Below are positions 40,669 to 53,710 of a stretch of 64,000 nucleotides of DNA, in pieces. The translations under genes were made by a program, and so were the position numbers. The notes below the pieces were generated by a model. The model was given only the letters and a program-made list of their open reading frames with translations, ran no database searches and was not told where the DNA came from. How positions within the stretch are numbered: the stretch's first letter is position 1; the number at the start of each line of letters is the position of its first letter. The stretch comes from Paragordius varius (lineage: Eukaryota > Animalia > Nematomorpha): assembly GCA_964247055.1 (NCBI GenBank), contig OZ176057.1, forward strand, positions 434,001 through 498,000, read 5' to 3'.

Positions 40669-43600
40669 TCATGTGGTACATTTGCAAGATTCAATAATGG
40701 GATATTGTACGAAAATCCATGAACAAAAATTTTTAGATTCCCAATTCTGACAATACCATCTGCAAATTATATAGGCAAAAATAAATTTATTCCATTTTTA
40801 TCAGATGTTGTGATTTCATTTATGCATTGTTTTAATAAAAAACATTAATTTGCATTATATTTCGAGCATTCATAATTACAAAGGTAAAAATATGATTTGA
40901 GACCTTTGAACAAAAACCAAAGTTTCTTAAATATTATCATGTAAAGGATCGATTGTTACTTAATTCAAACTTGAAATTAAATTTATTACACATACCTTAA
41001 TAGGTTTAGATTTATGGAGGTTGCTGGCTTACACATCATACCCGGCGGGATCGAACATGATTTCCAATTGACATCCTCGGTGTGACTGTAATGATTATTT
41101 TCGAAATCGTGAAATGGGGAATCTGAATATAGTTTGAGAACAAAAAATAAGTTTATAGGATTTTAATATTGGTGTGCGATCCATATGAAATTTTAAAGAT
41201 ATAGAATTTTCAAAATGAAATATTATGTTGTTGTGGTTTATATAGCATTGTTATAGTGCAACATTTGAAGGAACTCAATTAATATTTGAATATAAATATA
41301 TTTCCTTATTGTACAAAATTATTCAGAAAAGAACATGACTTAAATTTGAATACTTTTTGTTATAGACTGGTTCTTATAAAATCGTATGATTAATTCATTG
41401 TAGGCCTTTATGATATTAACGCAATATTTAAGTGTTAAAAATCTTATACGAAACAAATTATCTCTTATTTTATCACAGAAAATAGTTGATTAAATAAAAC
41501 TTTTTGATTATGCAAAAAAGTGTTTCTTAATCACATTAACTTATATCTTAAAAGAATATTTTATATAAATATTCTTAATTAAAAGTATAACATTGTTAAT
41601 TTTCCTCATTTCATTCTACCTTTTCATTTTTTAGGAAACAGTTAAAATTTGTATTTTTAATTTATTAATATTGAACGCCGTTGTCCTCAATATCACAATT
41701 CAAATTAACTTATATTATCCGTAAATATTAAAAATGTGATATATTAAAGCAGGCGTGTTTAACATGCTCGGCCTGCAAAAAGTTTGGAAATGTTTGCAAT
41801 ACTCATAAAATCTTTTTAAGAAATTTTGCCAAATAAGTCTTTCCAATTAGCAAGAACTACCAATATAAAATATATATTGCCTATATATTTCAGATGCGGC
41901 CCACATAAGTATTTGGGTTGAATACTCTTTATTTATTTCTATATTATAAATTTTATAATTTAATTTATTTGCTACTTGCATAGCAATTTAAATAAATTTA
42001 AATCAAATTTCTATGATAAATTTCAAAATAAAGATTTATGGAAAATACGTTTTTTTTGAAAAAATATAGCTCCCAAATGACTTACATATCAAAATATTTT
42101 TTGTCCGCGATGACATTTAAAGTAGTTGAGATTTCAGTAATAAATAAACTATTTTAAAAGTTGTTTAATCAAAATTTAATTATCAAAATATTTTTTTGGA
42201 ACCATAATTTACGGTTATATGGTGTTGTATTCACAAGTAAACATAAATTAAAAATTGGCATGAAAAGTTATTGGATAAGTTACAATAACATTTTTTTAAG
42301 TATGTGTCATGCGCGGTTAAAAGGCTAAAAAGGCATATCTTGGAATTTAGACCAATGCTAAAAATATTTTTAGATATTTAATTATTTAACATCTTATAAA
42401 GCTAACGTTAAAGGTACTTCATAAAATTTTGAAATCGCTCTTGGATACAAAACTACTTCGAAAGGTAATGAAGTGTTGAACATTGAAGCGATTTGAAACA
42501 CATAAATTTTATTACATGATTCATTTATGTGAAAAGTTTAAAAAGGAATAATTTAAAAAGATTTAGCATGCAGCTCTATGTTTTAAAATAGCAGGTACAT
42601 CCTACTTTAACTTGTGTAAGCTTTTTTCTTATATAATATGTATATGATTGCAAGACAGGAAATATAATTTTTGTTTATAAATGAAGATTAGCCGTGTATG
42701 GTAAAAAGCTAATCTGTTATGGGTTTTGAAACTGGTAATATGATATTATATACATGAGAATTATTTTAATCTTAAAGAATTACCAAGTCTAGTCATAAAT
42801 TTTTTACTGGTTGTAAAAAATGTTATTTTTAAAGGAACGTTTATTTATAATATTGCCCATTGGCTTTTATCCATTTCGCCCATCTCTCAGGCAATGCTGT
42901 AATAGAAAAATAATTATATTTTGCGGTAAACAATTCGTTAAACCGTTTTCCAACATCTTCGATATTATATAAGTGTTGATCAGAGGGCCCCATAGATAAT
43001 CAGATGAAGCGAGGTAAGGAGAGACAAATATATGCAAAAGAATCTCCCGATAAAGCGATTTTAAGGTGTCGTTCACAGGTTTTGCTGAGTGAGACGAAAC
43101 TTTTTCATGTTAAAAAATCCCCTTGCCATGTCTTCTGACTCATTTCGGTAATTTTTTGATTATTTGATGATTAAAATAACCATTTGTCAGTGATAGATTG
43201 AAACTTATATTATTTCATATGGCTCTGGATTGCCGGCAGGCAGCATGGTTGCGGAAGCGATTTGGCTTTAGTTTAGATGGATACCGGTTTGACAATGTGA
43301 AAGCCATGATTTTTACCGCGGTAGATTTATATCACACTTGTCATCATCCCTCCCGTTTCGATGCAATATATTGAAGCAGACCTCACAAATCATTGCAAAC
43401 GCACCCCCCCCACCCCCCCAAAAAAAATATTTCTGCAGACCACAAGAAATATTTAATACATAATTTTACGAAATCCAAGTAAAGAAATTTTCTGAAATAA
43501 TTCCGAATTTAACAATGTATCAAAAAATGTAAAAAAAATAGTATTTTTGGTTTTTTCAATATTCATGATTTTCTGAATGCTGTTCTAAAAGTTATTTATG

Positions 43601-46600
43601 TAGGACACCCTTGATTTTAATTTATGTGGGTCCCACATATCGAGTTTATTGGTTTTTCCCATCGGTTGTAGACGTTTAATTATTGTTCTGGCTATTGCCG
43701 TTGACCTTGAGTTATTGGGTCTCTTCATCCAATTACTCTTGAACTTGATCGTCTTTCCAGTTACTGCTCCACCAGAGTGCTCACTCTAGTTTACATCGAA
43801 ATTCAACTTCTAAATTTTTGAGAGCATGTTCTACTATCGATAGAGCATGTTCATCATGTGTTTCTACCAGCAAACGTAACCTAATACTTCTGATGAGATA
43901 AGTAAAGCAATGTGCCGAAATGCTTTTGCCAGGCACAATATTCGGCATGATTATTGATTGAAAAAAATAAGTTTCTGGTAACTTTTGTTTGACTCAAATT
44001 TGTTTGTTCAAATAGTGTCTGTATCAAATGTCCAAGTATTTTCGTTTAAAACTTGTCTTTGTCAAATTGGTAATTACTTATAACTACAGATGCTGTCAGT
44101 AGTTATTCCAATCATCATATATATTATACCTAGGTTTATAACCATTTCTAAAGCCATATATGGAACTTGTTACAATAAATGCGAGATAAATTTGAAAATC
44201 TCACATATGTTGGTCATAATTTTTTTAAATAAAAATATCTAATTCAGAATGAGGTAACAATTGTGTCGTGACATACCCTGTAAATGATGATTTTTAACAT
44301 AATCATTGGGTGCTTGTTGATGATGTGGCCTATCATTAGTATATTTTTCATTTTTTAAATCGTTGGGAATCATATCGGTTAGGAGATCGGGTTTAGCATG
44401 TGAACTTCCGTAGCAAGACCCTTCAAGGATATAAGGGGGCCAAAACCGTTTTCCTAAAAATATTTTGCATAAATCATGATTCAAAAACATGTGTAAAATT
44501 AGAAAATTTGTTGTTTGTCAAAAGTTAAAATTTAAACGGTTATAACCAATATATTTCCATTCAAATAGCACAGGACAAGCCGTGTAAGCCAACAAATATT
44601 TATAGAGTTTTCTTCGGATTTTACGAGAAATGCGTAACCGAATCTTTCGATTGCGAGAAGTTTGCTGTAGGGGTATAGATGATGAGCTTGGACTGTTTAA
44701 ATGTTGCAATGGGTCAGACAACAAGGACACCATTTTGAAACTCATGGGTAACAGCTAAGCACAAATTATTTTATCATTAGCACTATAATTTGGTTTAGAG
44801 TTAAAAAAAACTTTCAATTTTTGTAAATTTATTTTAACTTCAGGAAGTTTGATAACTAATAAATTGTATTAAAAATAAAGAATAATCTATTATACTTTAA
44901 ATTTTAATTAACGATTTTCTATCAAAAATAAAAAAGTTACCCTGTACATAGATATTCTATTGCCGGCAGGTAAACCACGCGGGTTTTGTCGAAACCCATA
45001 ATAAAGTATTCGGCTTTCTGAGATGCTTGGTGGAATGTAACTCATAAATCTAGGATCCCATGATCTACCTATATAAAATTACACCAATTGTTTTTAATCC
45101 AAATTGGGTTATTTAAAAACCCCATTCTATATTAGGTTAATTTTTTTTAAAAATTATTAACGGAAACGGTCACAATTTAATTTATGCTTTATCATAATAA
45201 AAATTATATAAATAAGCCAAAATATTAAAATAAAACTTTGTTTTGAAAAAAAAGTTTCATGACAAACTACTTTGACGCCATTTATAATATATCGTCTTCA
45301 TTTAAATTTAAAAGTAAAATTAGAGCTAACATTTAAATAACGTCTAAAATTGGCAAAAATAGAAAAAATGGTATATTTATAATTTTCAAATTAACCAAAG
45401 CACACATGCCATGTTAACTAATTTTCCTTTGTGTTTTGCCTTAAAATAAGTAATATCAAGTATTTTTGAATAAAATTTTAATATTTTTGTTTTATTAATG
45501 TTATATAAAATTTTGCCATGGTTCCGATTACTGCGATAGTATTTAATTAACAGGCCTGGAGCATCCAACTACCCCAATTTGAATGGAGGAATTGTAAATG
45601 TGTTGTTGTATTCAAATGTTGAGAAAAAGGAAAATAACATATTATACTGTGAATTTTTTTTCCATCATTCTTATAAACAAATATTTTATAAAAATGAATT
45701 AGTTAATTATGATATATTTATACCCATAATTTCCTTCAATCGTGCCGGATTCAAATCATCGGGGTTAGGATCGTATTTGGGGTCTGGATTTTCTCGCAAA
45801 TCCGAAACCGGTAATAAGTATTCGCTCGGTTTTGGACGAATATCCATATTTTGTGAGACTTCTGGATAATCCTGTAACGGTGAAATTTGCGTCGAATGTA
45901 AAGGCATATATGTCATTGAATAGGGATATTGAGTTGTTATGATTAGACCTTTTGATGTGGCTTTGGATATATTACTGTTAATCATAAATATATATATATA
46001 TATATATATGATATATCCCATTTACAGTTCAAATTCACCCTTGAACAATTCAAATTCACCCTAAAAATAAATTATGTGTTTTCGAACTAATAAAATTCAT
46101 TACTAATATAAAATATATCTTTATGGCATAATTAATTATTTTTTTCAGTATTATTTTAAAACAAAATTTTATATTTTATAAATATATTAAAATATAGATA
46201 ATTTTTAATCTTAAAAAACATGTTATTTATTTGAGGGTGAATTTGAATTGTTCGAGGGTGAATTTGAATTGTTCAAGGGTGAATTTGAATCGTTTAAGGG
46301 TGAATTTGAATTAATTTGAACTGTAAATGGTATATTCAAACTATCAAGGCAATAAAATGTCGATTTTTCATGGTTTTTAAAAGTTTCAAAACACAAATAA
46401 AAAATAGGTTATATTAAAAAAAGGTTTAAAATTTAGTTTTTTAAAATATTCGTCCTTTAATTTTTACTTTTATATAATTTCAATATATCCTTATCAATTA
46501 TAAATTTAATTTAGAAGTTTGAAAAAAATATCCATTTAAAAGGAATAGAGGATTGAATTTTTCCAATTTTATTTTGTTGCCAAAAATTGTTAATTGTGTT

Positions 46601-47428
46601 GCTATTTGTAAAAATGTTATTTAATAATTCATATGCCAAAATTGTGTAAATATAAATTTTCTGGGATACAAATTATTTATTTGGCAAAACTATAAGATAA
46701 AGGAAAATAAGGTCAATCAATAAAAAATTTCAGAATAAAATAATACGTAAATAGAAAAGTCTAATCGTCTGCCTTTAATCATAAATATTAATCGTCTGTC
46801 AGTTAAACAAAAATCAGGTGAAGAAAAAAAAGTTATATGCAAATAATGAATATTACCGATTGGATGCTGAATATTGGGTCGATCCAACTTTATGATGACT
46901 GTATTTAGACATTTTACCACGCAACGGCGGCATGGCTGGAGCTATTTTAGGTCTCCTAAATTTTTGGAAGTGTTGATTGAGATACGTTCTTTGATACATG
47001 GGAACTATATCATTATTGTCAAACACTTTAGGATCATCGTTCAGGGGCATTGGTTCCTTACTTTGTTCATCTGTGCTTCGTAACATTTCATACAATTTGT
47101 CCCATACAGATTTTGGGGTGGTACTTGTTGTTGAAATGCGATTATCGACATTCGGATGGGATGTTGTATATGAATTGGGTGGTAAATTTTTATAATTTAT
47201 TTCAAAGAAATTTGAGATTTTCATCTTATCATCATCCCTAATATTGTCGGACGAAACATTGTAAAAGTTGCCATAACTGATATCGAAATCCAACGAATTG
47301 TATCCATTGTTTCGAAGGTTGGACGATATATTTTTATTTATAATATTATATTTTGGTTTATTTTCCAGTGTTTCAATTATATTTATCATAAGTATGATCT
47401 GGAATATTATTGATGAAATCAAGTGCAT
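40669..47428 (-). CDS. nog: Noggin-family secreted cystine-knot protein, 517 aa; exons 47428-46857, 45974-45724, 45068-44941, 44754-44547, 44453-44277, 41122-40996, 40759-40669
   Basis: Signal peptide MHLISSIIFQIILMINIIET. Clip segment IRPKPSEYLLPVSDLRENPDPKYDPNPDDLNPARLKEIMG, then WDPRFMS, basic RKIRLRISRKIRRKL, YTACPVLFEWKYIGKRFWPPYILEGSC, SCSIPPGMMCKP, LLRWYC and CSWIFVQYPIIESCKC. All junctions are GT-AG and in phase; total 1554 nt. Confidence 0.95.
42840..43950 (-). mobile_element. Decayed mariner transposase inside noggin intron 5
   Basis: Fragments in mariner order: MPNIVP..FRHI, KLDMWDPHKL (WVPHEL), LHR..DDDK (first Asp), KPNRF, RRHGK..HEKVSSHSAKPVNDTL, SPYLASSDY (YSPDLAPSDY), LPERW. 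TIRs were not confidently found. Confidence 0.85.
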
Positions 47429-50400
47429 TTTTAGGTTTCGAAAACTTTTATTGACTTTTTCTGACAAAGGATATTTTAGAGAAAATGCCCCAATATGAAA
47501 TTGAGACAATTGGATGGTTTTTTATTGATTTATCAATTAACTCCACCATGGTATAAAAAGTATATTTTTTTTCAAATACATTGTATTATTTAACAAATTT
47601 TGATATTGGGAATGTTTAAATTATAGTTTCAATTTTAAAACTATATATTGGAGTCGTATACATATATAAAACAATTTAGGGGATATTACAATTTAAGGAC
47701 GCGACAACTAAGAGTTCATGTATAGGAGCGAGAATATAATTTTTTATCTTTTATCCATTTTGAATTCTTCATTAATATGTAATAATTTAAAATCTCTCTA
47801 TATATAAGTCTGTAACGGAAGAGATTACTATAACACATTCTGCATGGTTTATGCAAATTTTTGATATTTGCGATAAAATGGTTTGATGATTATCAATTAA
47901 AAATCATTAGTGATTGAATAATTTATAATCTTTTAACATTTATAATGGTGAAAATTAGATATTAGTGTGTGGATAGGAAGAAAGATGTATTCAAACGTTA
48001 AAATTAAGGTATCAATTTCATAATTGCTATTGGTATATTGACATATCTATTATACAGAATATCCAACATTCTACAAAATTAATTTGTCAAATTAGGTATT
48101 AAAATAGGTATTATTTAATTAGTTTCGGCATTTTAAAACATTTATTATCCTTTGTTAACAACTTTTGATTAATTATAAAGGTATAACACTTCAGATAAAA
48201 ACAGAAAATTGTGAATTATCACCGCATAGAAATACTATAAAAGTAAAAAATGGAAAAAACATCTTAATCCAGTATTTATTTGTACACAAAGATGTGATAG
48301 TCAATTGGAAAGAAATGGTTTATTTTTCTGGTACCATCTCATTGACTATATAATTTTTTCCTGTAATAAAGAAATAAACATACCTGTCTATAAAATACGC
48401 AAATAAAAGACACATTGTCGCCAATTTATAAAATATTTTAGAGAGGAGTAAGGGATGTGCAAACGATACTTTATTATCTTTTTTTCATTATCTGTAAATG
48501 TGTGTTTTGTGTGCTATTATATGTTAGATATCGAGAGACAGGTTGATTAAATATTGTCACCAAAAATGACACTTGTTGTTTTAATATACCAAATATAAAA
48601 ATTGTAATAATTCACCATTTCGATAAAATTAAAACACGCTTATTAAAATAAATTAAATATAACAATTTAAAGCATGTCATATCATGACCATTTTTCATTA
48701 AAATTATTGAATTTTCGATAATATTACAAGTAAAATTGATATCTGGCACTCAATGGACAAATGTTGTTTAATTATTCACAAGTGTGCTAATTGAACAAAA
48801 AGACGTATTAATAAAATAATTAAAACAGTGGGACCTTAACACCAGGAAATGAATATTAAATTAAATCTTTTATATAAGGAAGTAAGCCTATCACTAATAA
48901 TACAAATCTAAGCGTACGATATTATATGAAAACATCTATAATAATTTATCATTATCGAATGAGCATATAAAAATATATCTTTGGAAAATTAAAAAAAATC
49001 TTTTATATTGGTGTTGTTAATTTTATAATGGCACCTGTAAATTTTGACACAATTTACATTATAAATACTTTTTAGGTATATATTGAAAAAAATTAAAAAA
49101 CAACAGGTATGCCCTATATTTATATATATATATATATATATTCAGTTGTTTATTTGGTCAAAGAAAATAATTTAATAATAACATCTTTAGTATTAAGGAG
49201 CCATATTATTGAAATTGTCTTATATTATATATATATAGGAATATAATTGATTTTCTCTCTTGCCTCCTACATGATTTAATATAAAATATTTTAAAAAGTT
49301 AAATCAAATATTATTGGACCAAAATTTTTTTCTAACCGAAAAATTTATAGTTTTAGCGTCAAAAATACATATATATTTAAATTTATTTAAAACAGCATCA
49401 AATAGCGGAATCGGTATTGAAAGATGGTATAAAATATTTTTATTGTATAATTTTAAAAGATCTTATAATTTTAACCATTTGATAATATTATTTATTGAAG
49501 GTGTAGTACTTAAATTTTTTTCCAAATATGGCAATAGATGTGCAACAAAATCATAATTTACACATTTAACCTTATTATCAAACAAATAAAAACCCTTTAA
49601 CCAATATGCAAGAAAATAAATTATATAATATTTTGATGATACGTGACTTAGCATACAAAAACTGGATTATTTTTATACATATATGTTTTTTTGTAAACTA
49701 AAGTAAAATTGGTACTCTATATTGTGAATGTATCAAATGAAATTATTTAAATATATCATAAATAATTTAAGTTATTGCTATATTTTTACTCATCATTTTA
49801 AAATTTAAAATTTGTAGATTATAAATGTGTTAATCATTGTATAATCAAAATAATTATTTATAATATAAATTTTTTTAACATATCTTCCCGCTTTTTAGGT
49901 AAATTTTGGATATCGGAATATAGCGGAATAATTGTAACTCATATCAAATAAGTCTGTTCATAAATCTTATTATGTTAAATTTATGAATGATGGACGCTTA
50001 AATAAGCTAATTTTAAACATAAAGTAGCAGGAATAAGCGATAGCTAAAACTCCCTCAATAATGGTATTAAAATAAATTATTCATGACTCTTTACTCTCAA
50101 ATTTAAATTTAATTTTTAATAATGATTTAAAAGGATATGGATATTACAAGCGTATAATTAAATATGAAAATTTATCGCATGATTTAATAAGTAAATTTAA
50201 TTAAAATATAAGGGTGAATAAACATTTTGAGGTGATAGGTATTAGTAGTAACGAATATTATCATCAGTGTAAATAATAAAAAATCTAATACTTAACCATT
50301 TAAATGGTTTATTTCACAAAATATGTCAAATAAATTTGTCAAATTTTTTTCAAAAATCTTATATTTTGAGGTTAGAATCCAATATATATACCATTTTCCC

Positions 50401-51279
50401 CCCTAAAAGTGTTTTTTAACACTTTGAATTGGTATGGAAAATTCTAGGAGTGTCCTTGAACCCTTAAAGTATTTCTTAAACACAAGTTGATCCTGGACTT
50501 ATATAGTATTTTTTTAATCATATTTTTGCATATATTTTTTATTCAGTTATTTTTAATTTGTTAACTTAATTATTTTATCAATTATAACCTTTTTCATTAA
50601 TTATATTTTGCATTCAAAAACACATTTTTTGTTTAAAAATACAACAATATTTAATCACAAAATATAATTATACAGACATGTAAAAATCTTATAGACTATT
50701 TTTCAGAACCTGGATAATTTTATTATATCTTATTATCTCTGATTGTAAAATTAGAATTGAGATGTATAAAATTAATACACTCCATAATTCAATTTTTTAC
50801 ATAAGTAATTTATGTACTAAAATTAGGGCTTAAAAGTTTGCTTTTGCAAAAATATTTTTTTATTTTAACATTTTGTCAGTATAATTTCGATTTTTATTGT
50901 ATGTTCAGTTCAGAAAATAGGGGACATATAAATAGCCTGATGTAATTTATATGTAAATGTATATACATATAAAATATACCATTTATTCAAATTCACCCTA
51001 GAACAATTCAAATTCACCCTCGAATTCAAATTCACCCCAAAAATAAATTTTGTTTTCGAACTAATATAACTCATTGATTAATATAAAATATATCTTTATG
51101 GATTATTATTTTTTCAGTATTTTAATTTAAAACAAAATTTTATTTTTTTAAAATATATCAAAATGTAGGTATTTTTTTGTCTCAAATATATATAATATTT
51201 GAGGGTAAAATTTATTTGTAAGGGTATTGTGATTGTTAAAGGGTGAATTTAAATGGTAAATGGTATATATATATATATA

Positions 51280-52473
51280 CTGTGTGCAAAAAAGAGGGTC
51301 ATTTTGATTTAAAGAAAAAAATTTTTTTTTCATGAGATAGCTTATGACCAGCGTATTTATTTGCCGCAAAAATTTTTATTTGTTGACAACCTAGTTTTTG
51401 AAATATTGAGAGAAAATCAAAATCGGCCAAAAAGTGAAATTAAGGATAATTCAAAAAATAATGATAAAAGTATGGTTTATTATCATTTTATGAGATAATA
51501 TTCAATATATAAATAGCCTAAAATCATATATTTTGGGTTTCTATAAAATTTTAGGTCAAAAGATGGCGTTTTTCTTTTATCACACAAAGATAAAATAAAT
51601 TCAATGAAACTATATTAAAACAATTTTTTTAATTATTTACTAAATTCACTATTAAAATCTTAACATTCATATTTTATTCAGAAATATTCTATATCAAAAT
51701 AAAACCAAAAATATTGTTCTTTATTTTTGCATTTTTTTTTCATCTGATTTATGAGTGTAAAAAATGTATACTGTTTTATTTTGGATTCTCACATGATCAA
51801 ATATTATTATGTATATAATTTATGCAAAATATGATTTAAGAATAGTGGGATATCAACCAAAAAATTCTTACAATTTCCTCTAACAAGTCTACAAATTAAT
51901 ATTTGTATTGGGATTTGTACAGATTGTTGGTTGATATTTTAATTTTCAGTCCTATTGTGCATAAATTTACTTAAAAATTCATAATCATGTGAGAATCGAA
52001 AATAAAACAATATACATTTTTATACACTCATAAACCAGATGACAAAAAAATGCAAAAATAAAAAACAATATTTTTGGTTTTAGAAGTTTATTTTACTAAA
52101 TATAAATGTTAATTTTAATAGTGAATTTAGTAAATTAAAAAATTATTTTAATATAGTTTCATTAAATTTATTTTATCTTAAAGTGTGATAAAAGAAAAAC
52201 GCCATCTTTTGACTTAAAATTTTATAGAAACCCAAACTTTATGATTTTAGGCTATTTATATATTGAAAATATCTCATAAAATGACAATAAACCATACTTT
52301 TATCAATTATCCTTAAATATCCTTGATTTTCACTTTTTGGCCGATTTTGATTTTCCCTCAATATTTCAAAAACTAGGTTTTCATCAAATAAAAATTTTTG
52401 CGGCAAATAAATACGCTGGTCATATGCTATCTCATGAAAAAAAAATTTTTTCGTTAAAATATTTTTGCACACA

Positions 52474-52474
<1 letters not shown>
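51280..52474. mobile_element. Foldback element of ~1.2 kb with ~580-bp inverted arms, inserted in a (TA)n tract
   Basis: ctgtgtgcaaaa...ttttgcacacag. The arms match throughout (e.g. catgagatagc.tatgaccagcgtatttatttgccgcaaaaatttt), with a short spacer at ~51870-51915. Confidence 0.92.
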
Positions 52475-52515
<41 letters not shown>

Positions 52516-52879
52516 GATCTTTATCGTAGGTACCAAATTAACTATATATACATTTTTGTACTAAATCACTGCAAACACAAGATTAAAGCACAATGAGAAT
52601 AATTTTTTTTTGATGAAAGTTAGAAAATATTTCATTGGAATTAAAAAACTTAGAGGGCATTATAAGGATCCTAATCTGCTTGCGATAAGGTATGTTAAAG
52701 TTCGTACAAAGATTATAACTAATTTTCAAAAAATTTTATTTTTGGTATTATTATACAATGGTTATTAACAAACAAATTTTGAAGGACCAGTTAAAAATTT
52801 TTATTTCAAAGACCAAAAAGTTTAATGCTGTCGGACACTTCAGCAGATATTTATATTTAAAATAAGAAATTATTGTTTA

Positions 52880-53030
52880 AAACCGAAATTTTATACCCAG
52901 TTTGTGGAAGATATGTTTATCATTTGGCCACGTTCGAGAACAGCTCTCTTCTTTTTTTCGGACAAAATATTTTATTAATTTATTCAAACAAATGAATAGC
53001 CTGCACAATCTTCCCAGAGGGTTTTACAAC
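52880..53030 (+). mobile_element. Penelope-like RT fragment
   Basis: KPKFYTQFVEDMFIIWP...KQMNSLH resembles the Penelope YVDDxFxIWP...LNSxH motif. Short and degenerate. Confidence 0.5.
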
Positions 53031-53149
53031 ACATGTATTTTGTCAAAAAACTTAAAAACTCTATCATCCTTGCTAATTTCCAACATCAAATGCTCCGACC
53101 TCAACATTCTTGTCAATCATCCAATCGATCACTATATGGATTTATACAG

Positions 53150-53710
53150 AGGAACATACGAAAAAACGAAACAACCGATTTTCCTTTTTCATTGAACCTA
53201 GACGTAAATTATTTTCAAAGCATATTAAAAAATCTTAAAATTTATAAAGCGTCAGGACCAGATAATTCAACGACAACCAGTTGAGTAATAGAACGAAACT
53301 GGTGCACAATCAACGCCTTACCATTAATAAACCAATACCTCAACAAAGGGGAGTTTCATAAGAAATGGCGCAATTTACCATAATGATTTATATTCTTCAT
53401 AAAAACTTTGCCAAAGAAAGCTAACGCAAGTAAACCCGGAGATTATTGAGGTATAACACTACCTAACACTTTTCATAAAAAGCTGGCAACAACAGCTCGC
53501 CGATAACTTGAAAAGCTAGAATCAGAAACGTTGAATGGCCTAACACATGGTTTTTCGCAAAAGACAATCAATTTTTCTAGATATTTATATATTACCTGAG
53601 AAATCAGCAAAAATTAAAAAAATAATATTATTGATTTGGTTTGAATACTATTTTTTTACGTATATAATATCTTTTGCAGATAACACAATTGTGATTATAA
53701 TTGGTATTTT
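53150..53710 (+). mobile_element. Decayed non-LTR (LINE) reverse transcriptase fragment
   Basis: KASGPD, GEFHKKW, LPKK..KPGDY*GITL and FADN (FADD-like) occur in RT order, with stops and frameshifts. Confidence 0.7.

Noticed and set aside
41749-41935. Charlie-type hAT MITE remnants (also ~7405, ~26280-26510, ~9210, ~25630)
   Set aside because: Ends are eroded and there is no TSD, so boundaries cannot be supported.
46853-47509. 218-aa ORF as a stand-alone gene starting at 47509
   Set aside because: It is noggin exon 1. The Met at 47428 starts the signal peptide, and a donor at 46856 precedes the stop.
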